DNA from: a virus
Length of the DNA: 64,000 bases
Virus record (IMG/VR): IMGVR_UViG_3300020048_000048
Location: 56,615-120,614 of that record
Reading direction: 5' to 3' (one strand)
The position numbers and the translations under genes were made by a program. This document shows, in pieces, positions 19,686 to 30,686 of the stretch; positions within the stretch are counted from its first letter, which is position 1; each line of letters begins with the position of its first letter. The notes below the pieces were generated by a model, which was not told the DNA's origin, did no database searches, and saw only the letters and a program-made list of their open reading frames with translations.

Positions 19686-21110
19686 GTGTGGATGAAAAAA
19701 ATACATGAGTTTTTACCAAAATTTCTTGAAGCAGAAATTATTGACAACAAAATCATTAAGACAAAAAATGAAAAAGGCATAAAAGAGTATCTTACATATA
19801 AAGATTCGTCGATACAATATAGGATGAATCAGTTAATTCAACTTATAAACAAATATGGGCATAAAGAATGTTGGGAAGAGGAACTTTCTGAGTTAAAGGA
19901 AAAAGAATATAAATATTATTGGTATGAGGATGGAGATTTTATTTATACTCCAATTGGAACTTGGTGGCTGTTTTATAACATTAAGAACAGTCTTCATGAA
20001 AATAAGATTTTAAAATATTCAGACTATTTTGAGCCAGATCGTCCAAGATATTACCAAATTGAGGCAGTTCAGGAATTACTTAAATATAATAGGGCAATTG
20101 CAGTTCTTGCAACTGGTCTTGGGAAGACTATTATTACAGCACATCTCGTTAAGATTGGGTTAGAGGCTAATCTTAGAGTTTTAGTTATTGTCCCAACAAT
20201 TGAACTTGTAAAACAAACTTTGGGTTTAATTAAGAATTACTATCCAGATGCTTCTGGAATTGGTGGAACTTACAAATATAAACTTGGATGTAATATTGCA
20301 GTAGGAACTATTCACTCATCAAGACACTTTGTTGATAGGTTTGATATGGTCATTATTGATGAAACTCATCATTCCGCTTCAAGTATGTATGAAGAAGCAT
20401 TAACTCCATGTCATAATCAAATTGTTTATGGGTTGACAGCAACTCCATGTCGAAACGATGGTCTTATTATGGGAGTTCATGCATATTGCGGTCCTGTTGT
20501 TTATGAAAGAAATTCAAAATTTGGAGTTGAGAATGGGTTTTTATGTCCAGTAGAGTGTTGGATGGTAAGAGTTGTTACAGGTCTTTTTCTAAAAGCAGAA
20601 CTCAACCACAATATCGCCTACAAAGCATTATGTAAATCATTTATCTTTATTGAATTTTTAGAAAAAACTTTAAAAAAATTACAAGGGAAAAAGATTTTAA
20701 TTTTGTTTAAAAATAACAAACCAGCACAAGCAGTGGTTGAGTTTTTAAATGAAAAAGGGTTTAGTTTAGAAGTTGCACATGCTGAATATAGAAACCCATT
20801 AGTGAAGTTTCGGAGTGGTGAATCTGACGTTCTTATTGCAAATTCACCTTTATGTGGAGAAGGCGTTGACTTGCCAAATATTGAAGTTTTAATAACTGTG
20901 ACACAAACGTCTTCTGAGTCAAAAATTAGACAAGAACTTGGGCGTGGATTAAGAAATGCTCCAAATAAAACAAAGCTTCAACTTATTGATATTTCTTTGT
21001 GCGGGTATGAAGACCCGTCTGGTTGTGACAAGTATGTAAAAAAGTCAGATCAACGGCTGAAGATTTATGAAGAAATAACTTCTAACATTAAGTTTGTAAA
21101 TTACAGTTAA
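19686..21110 (+). CDS. SF2 DNA helicase (UvsW-like)
   Basis: ATGLGKT, DETHH, TAT, EGVDLP and QELGRGLR motifs. Confidence 0.88.
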   Translation: MWMKKIHEFLPKFLEAEIIDNKIIKTKNEKGIKEYLTYKDSSIQYRMNQLIQLINKYGHKECWEEELSELKEKEYKYYWYEDGDFIYTPIGTWWLFYNIKNSLHENKILKYSDYFEPDRPRYYQIEAVQELLKYNRAIAVLATGLGKTIITAHLVKIGLEANLRVLVIVPTIELVKQTLGLIKNYYPDASGIGGTYKYKLGCNIAVGTIHSSRHFVDRFDMVIIDETHHSASSMYEEALTPCHNQIVYGLTATPCRNDGLIMGVHAYCGPVVYERNSKFGVENGFLCPVECWMVRVVTGLFLKAELNHNIAYKALCKSFIFIEFLEKTLKKLQGKKILILFKNNKPAQAVVEFLNEKGFSLEVAHAEYRNPLVKFRSGESDVLIANSPLCGEGVDLPNIEVLITVTQTSSESKIRQELGRGLRNAPNKTKLQLIDISLCGYEDPSGCDKYVKKSDQRLKIYEEITSNIKFVNYS

Positions 21111-22984
21111 AACCTTGCTTTAATTCCAGATTTATTAATTTGTTTTGGACCTGTTGTTCCGCTGGAAACAATTTCATTAAGAAAACTATCTATTTGATTA
21201 TTGTAAAAATTATCACTTACTTCTTGTTGACTTAGTGTTTCTTCAGAGTCTTGTTTTTTAAATTTATCATTCATTTTCACTAAAAACGTTTCCAAAAATG
21301 GGTGCAATGCGTATCTTAAAGAGTCAAGACTGTGGTTAAACTTGTCAACGTAAGTCTTACCGTCAACCTCTCCCAAAGGCGTTACTTTGTGCTTGTAATT
21401 TTTAAATTCTTCAAACATAAGTTCCATATCTGGATAATCATTTGATTTGAAGAACATTATTTTTTGTTCTTGAGTGTCTGGTGCAAAAAGCAACATTCTT
21501 AAAAAACTTACTCCAGTTTCAATCTTGGATGGTTTTTTTGGATAACACGGAGCTTGTTGTTTCTTGAAATAACTTTTTGCATTGCTGTCTGCATGGTCAG
21601 GGCAATACAAAGCTGGGTTGAATTTTTTGTTTTCTTTTACCATAACTCTTGACCACGAAATATTATCATACCCGTTTCTAAACTTACTCCCAAGGATGAT
21701 ACAAGTATCTGTTTTCATATTGTAGGCAACAATTGAATACACGGCAGGGTCTGGAAAATTTCCATAGTCACCACCTATGTGAATTGTAAATCCGTTGGCT
21801 CTTAAAATTCTTGCCAAGTCAACAACTTTTTCAATTTTTTGACTAATATGACGAATGTTGCAAAAATCAAGTATTTTATTGGGGTCGTTCGTAACGTGTT
21901 TTAATGGGCTAAATGATTTAAAAACAATAACAGCATTTTCAGGTTTAAAATTACACACTTGAGATCCAATTTTAGCAGGATCTTTAATAGCTTGGATAAA
22001 AATTTCAGCAAAATCAGGATGTCGCATAAGTTGTGAAGATTTTATGTCGTTTTGGCTTACAGAGAGTCCACGGCATCCAAGCCATGCTTGACAAGTTTCG
22101 CATGTGGTGGAGTGCATATAAACTTTATGAATACTTGTGTCAACTTCTATAGGGTTCACATCCCACATTGTCACCATTGTGTCAAGATTTAATGCAGAAT
22201 ACTTATTGTGAGGCGTTTTTACCTTTGGACATCTTATAAGTAAATCTGCTAAACTCCATTTGTGAAGTTTTGTTTGAGTCGGATTCATTTCAGCATCGTC
22301 AATTTTTTTCTGTATCGGTCCATTTGGACTTTTTCGAGAAGATAATGCGAGAATAACTGGTAAAAAACCATTTTCAGTAGGGTCAATTGTAGCAGAAACT
22401 TCTGAAAGTATTTCTTCTGGAGTTAGATCTAATTCGTCAAGGATAAGGAAGTTTGAACGAAGGGAGTTTGCGCCCTCCATTGTCGCAGGGGTAATTACAA
22501 CTTTGCAATCATCTTTTTTTGTAAAACTGTTTGCAGGAAGACCTTCAAATTCTATTTCTTGTTTGTTGTAACTTTTTGCATATTTCCTAACCATAGGAAG
22601 CCTACAAAACTTTTTAAAGTATTTAAGACCAGCTTTCGATTGGCTTAGAATTGCTCCCATAAGAACGGTGTTTCGTCTAAAATGTATTGATGACAAGAAT
22701 GCCAAAATGGCACTCATTAAAGTTTTACCACCATTTCGATTCACAGCCACAACGTGATAAAAAGGCGCTTCATTTGTTAAAAAACATCGGTAGACGCTCC
22801 AAATTGAGTCTAATAAACAAGATGTAGAGTCGGGGTCAACAAATTTTGATGGCAGTGTTATTTTTAAAAACGTTTTTATGAATTGGTCAAGTTCTTCTCT
22901 TGATTTACATGGTGTGAAAAAAATCTCTTCTAATTTTTTAGATTCAACATCGTCTTTCTTTTCCTGTTTCATGTTAAATTCCAA
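21107..22984 (-). CDS. terL: Terminase large subunit
   Basis: RNGGKT Walker A, LILDE Walker B, nuclease motifs GGDYG and NHSLDSLRY. Confidence 0.85.
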   Translation of the reverse strand: MEFNMKQEKKDDVESKKLEEIFFTPCKSREELDQFIKTFLKITLPSKFVDPDSTSCLLDSIWSVYRCFLTNEAPFYHVVAVNRNGGKTLMSAILAFLSSIHFRRNTVLMGAILSQSKAGLKYFKKFCRLPMVRKYAKSYNKQEIEFEGLPANSFTKKDDCKVVITPATMEGANSLRSNFLILDELDLTPEEILSEVSATIDPTENGFLPVILALSSRKSPNGPIQKKIDDAEMNPTQTKLHKWSLADLLIRCPKVKTPHNKYSALNLDTMVTMWDVNPIEVDTSIHKVYMHSTTCETCQAWLGCRGLSVSQNDIKSSQLMRHPDFAEIFIQAIKDPAKIGSQVCNFKPENAVIVFKSFSPLKHVTNDPNKILDFCNIRHISQKIEKVVDLARILRANGFTIHIGGDYGNFPDPAVYSIVAYNMKTDTCIILGSKFRNGYDNISWSRVMVKENKKFNPALYCPDHADSNAKSYFKKQQAPCYPKKPSKIETGVSFLRMLLFAPDTQEQKIMFFKSNDYPDMELMFEEFKNYKHKVTPLGEVDGKTYVDKFNHSLDSLRYALHPFLETFLVKMNDKFKKQDSEETLSQQEVSDNFYNNQIDSFLNEIVSSGTTGPKQINKSGIKARF

Positions 22985-25185
22985 GTATTATTGAAATAAC
23001 TCAGTTCTAAAGACCCTCCCTTATCCTCTAAAGTAAAGGTTTTGTCTAAAATTTTAGCTTCAATTTTTTGATTCCAATCACAAAGGTTGTTTTTGTCAAT
23101 AATTTTTATAACATGTCCATTTACAGATTCTTTTAAATTTATAATACCTAACGTTGTCATGTACAAAATGTTATCATTATTTTGTTGAGTGTAGTTATTG
23201 GAAACATCTTTCCCGTTTAAAGTCACAACGCCAGAAAGTATAACATTTTGTGCAGTAATATTTCCATTTACTGTTATGTTTTTTTCAAAATAAACATCAT
23301 TAGTAAAGGTGATGCCATTTTCTCCAATTAAAGTTCCGTCAAAAAACAAAGCATAATGTTTTCCATTAAATGTTACATATTGTAACAAAAAGTCTACATT
23401 TTCTGTAGAAACTTCAGTGACGGGTGACATGAAGTTGCGTCTAACTTCAAATTGGTTTGTAACAAAACAACTTCCCTCAATTAAATTAATATCACTAGAA
23501 TAATTACTAGAATAATTTACCCAAACTTTGTCATTTTGATAATCAAATTCTATGTAGTCGTGAATGTTAAAAATCTTTGAGTCAAAATTTTCTAAACTAT
23601 TGTTTAAAACATCGTTTCTTTTAAATTGTTTTTGTATTTTTAAAAGTCTACTTCCACTTTCACTGTACAATCTGTATTTTCCACCAACTTGTTTAAACCT
23701 TAGGTCTTGTGATGGATAGATTAAAGATAAACTTCTGGTAGGAGTGTCGACAGATTCATTACCTAATGTAACCTCTTCCCCAACGGATAACATTCCATAA
23801 CCCTTAAAGAAAAACTCATCACCAATCCTTTTACCAATGTGGTAAAAATTTGGGCTTCTAAAATAAGACTCATTCCCAACATAAACATCTGTTGAAGAAT
23901 ATTTCGATCTCATCCATAAAAATTCTTCAGATGTTGATCCAAGGGATTGGCTTAGTAAAACTTCTTTACATGAATATGGTATTTCAGCATTTAAATCATT
24001 TATAACTAACCCATCGTAAACGTAAGCAACAATTTTAACATAATCGTATATAGTTTTACTTGATAGTCTTAAATAATCGCCTATTTTTATCCCTTCAAAT
24101 TCACCATCATTAATTGCAACAGCAGTTTTGCTGTAATCTACAAGTCCAGATGCTTTTGAAATATTTGAAAAATAACATACGCCTCTTAAATTTTCTCTTT
24201 CAAATCCAATATAAATATTTTGACCTTCTAAAACATTTACATCAATTGGTGAGACTTTCCATGTAAGATTGCTGTGGAGGCTTTCAAAAATTAACTCTCC
24301 ATTAATTCTAAAATGATTATCAGCCATTTTAGAAATAGGATTTTTACTCCATGAAACAACCTTGTTTTTACTTGGAACTAATAGTGTTGAATTGTAGTTA
24401 AAATTAATGTTTTGTAAAGAAAGGCTTTCAGACGTATTATTAAGCCAGTGTTCCCCTTTAATTGATTGTAAGGTTGTCATTATAGCATTCATCCATTCTT
24501 TTAGTGAATGAAAATTGCTTTCGTTTTTGCTTAAATTATTTAAATCAGCCTTTACAAAAGCTGAAGACTCTTTTCCGATATCTGAACCATTGCATGATAG
24601 TGGCGGTTGTTTAAATTCAGGAGATACTTTGAAAAAATTATTCCTACTTGGGTTTGAACCTCCATTCCATAGGCTAAAAAGCATATTTCTGCAATCTGTT
24701 ATTGTTTTTACTGTTCCGTTTTCAACATTGATTTTACAAATAGGTAAAGATCCTGTTGTAAAACCAACTAATGATTTGTTGATATTGATTTTTATTGTAT
24801 TTTCAACAGGAACGTCGCTGTCAAACATTTCACCTGCTGTTTGGTCGATAAAAGTTTTAGTGATAATAGTTGTATTTTCTCTTGTTGGAATTATTTCTAT
24901 GAACTGTAATCCCTCTTCTAGTTCAATATTTTGCTTAAAATCTCCATTAGCATGGTAGAAACACGAAACATCATCTAAAGGAAAAAATAGGTAAGAGTTT
25001 GACAGATCGAACGTTGCAACAAGTCCTTCCAATGCAGTAAGGTCACATCCATGGACAATGGTTGGGTCGTTGGTTATAAATTTACTTAAAATTTGAAGGT
25101 CTTTTGCTCCAAATAGTTCAATAGTTGTTAAGTCTTGTACATCTAACCTTTGACCTGAGTGAAAATTTACTTTAGATAAAATCAT
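22969..25185 (-). CDS. Probable virion structural (baseplate/tail) protein
   Basis: N-terminal VNFHSGQRLDVQDL, beta-rich with a fibre-like C-terminus; co-transcribed with terL behind a TTTAAAATAA motif. Confidence 0.5.
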   Translation of the reverse strand: MILSKVNFHSGQRLDVQDLTTIELFGAKDLQILSKFITNDPTIVHGCDLTALEGLVATFDLSNSYLFFPLDDVSCFYHANGDFKQNIELEEGLQFIEIIPTRENTTIITKTFIDQTAGEMFDSDVPVENTIKININKSLVGFTTGSLPICKINVENGTVKTITDCRNMLFSLWNGGSNPSRNNFFKVSPEFKQPPLSCNGSDIGKESSAFVKADLNNLSKNESNFHSLKEWMNAIMTTLQSIKGEHWLNNTSESLSLQNINFNYNSTLLVPSKNKVVSWSKNPISKMADNHFRINGELIFESLHSNLTWKVSPIDVNVLEGQNIYIGFERENLRGVCYFSNISKASGLVDYSKTAVAINDGEFEGIKIGDYLRLSSKTIYDYVKIVAYVYDGLVINDLNAEIPYSCKEVLLSQSLGSTSEEFLWMRSKYSSTDVYVGNESYFRSPNFYHIGKRIGDEFFFKGYGMLSVGEEVTLGNESVDTPTRSLSLIYPSQDLRFKQVGGKYRLYSESGSRLLKIQKQFKRNDVLNNSLENFDSKIFNIHDYIEFDYQNDKVWVNYSSNYSSDINLIEGSCFVTNQFEVRRNFMSPVTEVSTENVDFLLQYVTFNGKHYALFFDGTLIGENGITFTNDVYFEKNITVNGNITAQNVILSGVVTLNGKDVSNNYTQQNNDNILYMTTLGIINLKESVNGHVIKIIDKNNLCDWNQKIEAKILDKTFTLEDKGGSLELSYFNNTWNLT

Positions 25186-25272
25186 AATTTACTCCTTTTT
25201 GTTTATTATTTTAAATGAAAAGTTAAAGTTTTTTGTTAAAAATGCCGTTAAGGGGTTTAGGAGGGCATCGTT

Positions 25273-25728
25273 GTGATATTTATAGACTGGACGTTAATTT
25301 TTAAAGAAAATAAGAATGAGATTGATAAAAATTTTGTTGTTAATTTTTTATGGAGCTTTAAACGTGATGAGGTTTTGTTAGTTCTTCATTCTGGTGATGT
25401 AAAGATAATTCGAGACTGTTTGTTAAAAATGAGGATTAAAAATTCAGTTGTAAGTTATTCTTCATTACGAGATGATGATTTTTTAATAACATTGTACCCT
25501 GATAAAATAAAAAGCAATGGTGTTGTGGTTTTTGATTATTTTGAAAGGTTTGGAAGCCATATAACAGTTAGTAAAAAATATATAACAAAGGATATAATTT
25601 TGAAAATTTTAAACAAAGATCCTGTTAAAACTTGTATTAAAAATAACATTGTACTTATTAATGATGGTGATCATTTTATATCGCCTATTGTAAAGGACAG
25701 ATTAGACCGACTTAATTTGCTGTTTTAA
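25273..25728 (+). CDS. Hypothetical protein
   Basis: ORF with an SD, behind the sigma-28-like promoter at 25224. Confidence 0.55.
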   Translation: MIFIDWTLIFKENKNEIDKNFVVNFLWSFKRDEVLLVLHSGDVKIIRDCLLKMRIKNSVVSYSSLRDDDFLITLYPDKIKSNGVVVFDYFERFGSHITVSKKYITKDIILKILNKDPVKTCIKNNIVLINDGDHFISPIVKDRLDRLNLLF

Positions 25729-25880
25729 AATTGCAAGTTTTTGTAAAATTCTTAAACGTGCTACTAAAATTAACTCACTATCTAAGAAGTTTTTTGGAGG
25801 TTCTTGAAGTAATATTTCTATTTGACGAATAGTTTCAAATGAAGGTTCTTTATTTAGTAAAAGAATTATTTTAGTATAGT

Positions 25881-28349
25881 TCATTTGTATGGGTTTGTTG
25901 AAATATACTTCATTTCATTTACAAGAAGATTATTTTCAAATTCAATGCCAGTTGGTTTCATGTATTCTTTAAACATTCTAAATGTTGCGTAATATAAAGA
26001 TCTAATGTCATAAAGGTATGGATTTTTAACTGACGATTCTAATTCTGAAAGTGTTTTGTTAACAATATAAACTTTGTCATTTTGTTGAACCTGAGCTTTT
26101 GTTTCAAGAATAAAACTTCCTGACAGATGTGATTGCATTTTAAAATCATAAACACTATCTTTAAAAATTAAAAACCCATCTGAAATATATTGAGTTGTTT
26201 TTACAAGCACATAATTTTGCTTAATCGCTTCGACTGTAATGAAGTCTTTAGTCATGTGGTATTCTTTTTCATAGTTGAATAAAAAATCACCAAACCCTGA
26301 CTGGTATTCAGAACTTGTTAAGTGTTGTGTATTTTCTATAGTCATTGTAACAATTTCAACACCTTTTGTAATTTCAATTTTACAAATACCTGCAATTTCG
26401 GCATAATCTTGGAACTTTTCACTTTCAATAATTGCCGTTATGCTTTTTGTTTTATTTTTTTGATTCAAAAGGTCGATTGCTGTTATGTTGTAAAAGTTTC
26501 CATCATTGAAACCTTTATCATCTGGACCAAACCAATAATCATATTCTTCATTTAAAACTTCTTGAATATTTTCTGCTTCTAAAATAACCCTGTTATAAAA
26601 AAAACCATCTCCAAACCCAGAATCGTTTTCGTTAAATCCAATCCAAGGTCCATTGTCTTTTGTGTTTAAGTCTTTTTGAATCTTTTCAAAATTAAGAGCT
26701 TGAAGATTATAAAAACTCCCGTGATCATTAAATCCAAAATCATCATTATTAAATCCAAACCACATCTCAGGTTCTTCACCTAAAAGTTTTACTTTTGACA
26801 TCTTATATTTATTGACCAAGTATGGGTTTTTAAAATCACCACTTATTATTTTTAAAGAATCTCCAATATTTATGTTGCCTTTTGTTACAACAAACTCAAC
26901 ACCGTTTTTAGTAGCTATGATTTTGGAGCAGTTTATAACCTTCTTTGACGCAATATAATTTTCTACAATAAAGTAATTTTCAAACACTTGAGTAACTTTG
27001 CATTTTTGGCTACCTAATTTTATAGTTTGTCCAATAATTGGTTTAAATTTACTATAAACAATACTTTCTTTTAAATTATGCACGACCCTAACTTTCGTTT
27101 GAAGGTCTTTTACAATATCTGATTCATTTTTTGCTAATTTAAAAACATTGTCACCGTTTATTATTTGAGGAAATACATTAATTGCATTTTCATTATATTT
27201 ACTATCAATAAAGCTTGAATGAACAGCTTTATTAGGAATAACAAGTGGTGAATGTAAAGATATTTTTTCTTTTGACTCTTCAATTTGTATATGGTTTAAA
27301 GACGCATTAAATTCTTTGTTAAAAACAATATCATATTCATTTATTTCAATCTCTTGACCATTAAAGTAAATAGGGCAGTTAACTATAATATAGTCATACC
27401 CATTTTCAACAATTGGATATGAAGTTTCATTTAATATTGACCAATTAAAAGTATCTGAATATCTTTTTAAAACAACATTTGTTATTCCATTTTCATCAAA
27501 TGTGGGACTTTCGTATGAGTTTTTGTCAATATCTCCTAAAGAAGGTAGTCTTGCAAAAGAAACATATCCGTTTTCAAAAGCGGAAAATGGTTTTATAGCT
27601 TCTTCAATATTCCCCATTGCCTGAAGATTATAAAAGTTGCCATCAAATCCAAAAAAACTATCTCCAAATCCAAACCATTCTCTATTGTCACTCCTTTGTT
27701 TTTGAACAGCTGTTATTTTCAAACCATTTTTCACTGTTTTGAAAGAATATGTTGCAGGAGTTGTTTGAAATTTTGTTAGGGAAAGTTTTTGGCATAAGGT
27801 TCCAGATATAATTTTCAGGTCATTATTAACAGAGCTTAAAAGTAATGCATTGTTTGATCCTGTTCTTGCAGATACGTTAATTTCAGGGATTTGACTTTGA
27901 ATATCAAGCATGATGTTTTTAATTGTTGTTTTTTTTGAGTTATTAAATGTTATTTTCTTTTCAACACCACCGTCTTGAATAATAAGAAAGTCTTCATTTT
28001 GAACAAAAATGTTTAAATCGTTGTGAATTGAAATGTAACTTCTGATGTTATATATGTGTTTCAGAAAGTCTTCAAAATTTTCTCTTGTAGCGACTTTCCC
28101 CACCATGTGTTTAAGCAGTTTTCTTAAAATTTCAGGAGTAATTGCATCGGTATTTTTTACTTCAATACCATGCCTTTTTGCAAGAGAGGGTAGTTTTTTA
28201 GAAGGGCAACTGTCAATGTATCTTTCTTTAGTTTTTTCAGATAGTTCGTTTGACATTTGTTGGAACTGAAAAATTAACGCATCAACAAATTGATTTAGAT
28301 TTTCTTGATCTTTAGTTCGTTCTGGTAAAAATTCTTTCATAATTTGCAC
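25881..28349 (-). CDS. Probable baseplate wedge protein
   Basis: N-terminal IDSCP...LPSLA...G segment resembles P2 gpI-type proteins; C-terminal KPTGI; four W(F/I)G(F/P)..GF...FYN repeats. Confidence 0.55.
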   Translation of the reverse strand: MQIMKEFLPERTKDQENLNQFVDALIFQFQQMSNELSEKTKERYIDSCPSKKLPSLAKRHGIEVKNTDAITPEILRKLLKHMVGKVATRENFEDFLKHIYNIRSYISIHNDLNIFVQNEDFLIIQDGGVEKKITFNNSKKTTIKNIMLDIQSQIPEINVSARTGSNNALLLSSVNNDLKIISGTLCQKLSLTKFQTTPATYSFKTVKNGLKITAVQKQRSDNREWFGFGDSFFGFDGNFYNLQAMGNIEEAIKPFSAFENGYVSFARLPSLGDIDKNSYESPTFDENGITNVVLKRYSDTFNWSILNETSYPIVENGYDYIIVNCPIYFNGQEIEINEYDIVFNKEFNASLNHIQIEESKEKISLHSPLVIPNKAVHSSFIDSKYNENAINVFPQIINGDNVFKLAKNESDIVKDLQTKVRVVHNLKESIVYSKFKPIIGQTIKLGSQKCKVTQVFENYFIVENYIASKKVINCSKIIATKNGVEFVVTKGNINIGDSLKIISGDFKNPYLVNKYKMSKVKLLGEEPEMWFGFNNDDFGFNDHGSFYNLQALNFEKIQKDLNTKDNGPWIGFNENDSGFGDGFFYNRVILEAENIQEVLNEEYDYWFGPDDKGFNDGNFYNITAIDLLNQKNKTKSITAIIESEKFQDYAEIAGICKIEITKGVEIVTMTIENTQHLTSSEYQSGFGDFLFNYEKEYHMTKDFITVEAIKQNYVLVKTTQYISDGFLIFKDSVYDFKMQSHLSGSFILETKAQVQQNDKVYIVNKTLSELESSVKNPYLYDIRSLYYATFRMFKEYMKPTGIEFENNLLVNEMKYISTNPYK

Positions 28350-29275
28350 ACCTCTTTGGTTTATTTTAAAAAAAGCTAAAGTTTTTTAAAAAAGTTCCGT
28401 TAAGTTTATAAAGGAGGATTTTTTAATGTATATTGAAAAAATTCAAGTTATTGATAATCAGGTGGATGTGGAAAGCTTAAAAGAGCTTCCAGAGGGTTCA
28501 AACCTTTTGGACGCACTTGTAATTGAGGTTAAAGACCTCATGGAGTTTTCAGACCAAACTGACGAGGTTTGTAAACGTCTTGTTGGGATTGCTCTTTATA
28601 ATGACAAAGAGTTGTCAAAACTAAAGGATGAAATTAAACAGAACAAGATTTTCCAATATGTCTTGTTGGCGTGTGTAGTTCTTTTAATGGTTTTGATAAC
28701 TTTTAATTAAGGGGGTATTCGTGAAAGTTAAAGTAAACAATGTTGCTAAGACATTTAAGATCATTGTAGGTAATGTGATTATTTTAGCCGACATGGACTT
28801 TAAAGCTCTTGAGGTTTTAAGTGGAAATGTTAATAAATCACAAGCGCAACAAATTGTAAACAATTACAGAAAGAAGGTTTCATGAATGAATTTGAAATGA
28901 TCACTCGAATATTAGATAATCTGGAGAACATTACTCCAGCAGAACAATCCTTGAACGATGAAAGTTTTTACATCGTTAGGTTGGACAAAGTGTCCAATTT
29001 GATAAACGAATTAATCAATTCGGAAAGTAACGTCGCTTCTTTAGAAGTTGCACGTTTAAAAAAGAAACTTCCTCAAATAGAAAGGATTAAAAAGAAGTTG
29101 CAAAATCCATCAGAAGAGGTTCTGCTGTATCGTGCAATCTTGAATAAAGGTAAAACAAGTGTCGTTCAAAAAGACGGTAAAAATATTTACATATTGCGAT
29201 AAGTAAATTAAAGTTTTTTTGAAAAATTCCGTTAAGTGATTTAGGTTGACCGTTTAGTCAACAAAGGAGGTCTTT

Positions 29276-29872
29276 GTGAAATATTGTATACTTGATATCT
29301 TAGAACCCGATTGCTTTATCGAAATGGCTGATGCCATTGCAAAAGATCCTGATGAAGTAATTTTAATTGAAGTACATTCTGGTGGAGGAATCGTTGACGA
29401 AGCGGTTTACCTTGTTTCAGTAATTGAGCAAGTTAAAGCTTATGGTAAGACAGTCGTGACTTATTGTCCAGCAAAAGCGTTGTCAGCTGGTATTTATATT
29501 TTTTTAGCTGGATCAATTGTGATTGCCTCACCATTTAGCCACTTTATGCATCATGAAATTTCGTTACACCCCATGCCTTTATTAAACTGGTTTCATTTAA
29601 AAACCAGCAAAAACATGATCAAAAATGCAAATAAAGTTTGTAATAATATTATTGATTTGTCAATTTTAGAGGAAGATGTTAAGAAAATTCCATGGTGGCA
29701 GTCGAAGGATTTATATTACACTGCTGAAGAATTGAAGGAAAAACTTAAAGGTAAGGTAGAAATTAATATCGGATTTTTACCAGAAGAATTAACTGAGCTT
29801 GAGATTTGGGGATTACAACCTGAACAAGAAATTGACTTGTCAAGTTTAATGGGAGGAGAAGACGATGAATAA
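29276..29872 (+). CDS. ClpP-like serine protease
   Basis: HSGGGIV, ALSAG (catalytic Ser), FMHH and DLYYTAEE motifs. Confidence 0.8.
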   Translation: MKYCILDILEPDCFIEMADAIAKDPDEVILIEVHSGGGIVDEAVYLVSVIEQVKAYGKTVVTYCPAKALSAGIYIFLAGSIVIASPFSHFMHHEISLHPMPLLNWFHLKTSKNMIKNANKVCNNIIDLSILEEDVKKIPWWQSKDLYYTAEELKEKLKGKVEINIGFLPEELTELEIWGLQPEQEIDLSSLMGGEDDE

Positions 29873-30211
29873 GATTTTAACGGCGTTATTGTTGTTGTCA
29901 ACTGGGATTTTTGCAAAAACGGTTGTATGTACTGGAGTAAAAACGGTTGCATGTGACCATGAAAAATGTATGGAAAGAGATTTGACTAAATTTCAAATAA
30001 TTCTTACTGAAAAAAAATGTACCATCTTTATGGGTGATAAAAAGATTGATTGCATGGGGCTGATGTATGAACTACCTGATGCAAATTTGATCATTAAAAA
30101 TGCACTTATTATGTCTTTTGACAAACAATCTCCCATGGTTATAATTTATAATTTTTTAGGAAGTTATGAAGAGAAATATTATGGGATTTGTGAAGAAAAA
30201 GAAGGCATCTA

Positions 30212-30592
30212 ATGGATTTTTACACCGATGGGTCATCGTTTAGGAAGAAAAATGGAAACCATGCATTCATTGGTGTTATTGGTAATCAAATTGTTGTTGC
30301 AAATCGTTTTGAATCGAAGAAGACTTGCAATAATCAAGAGGAATTAAAAGCTGTTATTGAAGTTTTAAAGTATATTAAAAAAAACAACATTAAAAATTCA
30401 ACAATTTTCACAGATTCGATGTATGTTGTGCGTTCTATAACAGGAAATAGAATTGCTTTCCAAGAACTTTGGAATGAGTTTTTCAAATATTATGATGAAA
30501 AAAATGTTAAAATTCAATGGATTAAAGGTCACTCGGACCACACTTTTAATAAGAAAGTAGATATTTTTACAAGAACAGGCAAATTAATCTAA
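30212..30592 (+). CDS. rnhA: Ribonuclease HI
   Basis: YTDGS, NNQEEL, TDSMYV and WIKGHS...N..VD motifs. Confidence 0.9.
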   Translation: MDFYTDGSSFRKKNGNHAFIGVIGNQIVVANRFESKKTCNNQEELKAVIEVLKYIKKNNIKNSTIFTDSMYVVRSITGNRIAFQELWNEFFKYYDEKNVKIQWIKGHSDHTFNKKVDIFTRTGKLI

Positions 30593-30686
30593 AGTTTTTT
30601 TGAATTATTCCGTTAAGTATAGTATGAGTTGCTGAGGGTGGCTTGTTATTACAAGGTCTCAGCACTTTGTTTTTATAGGAGTTTTT

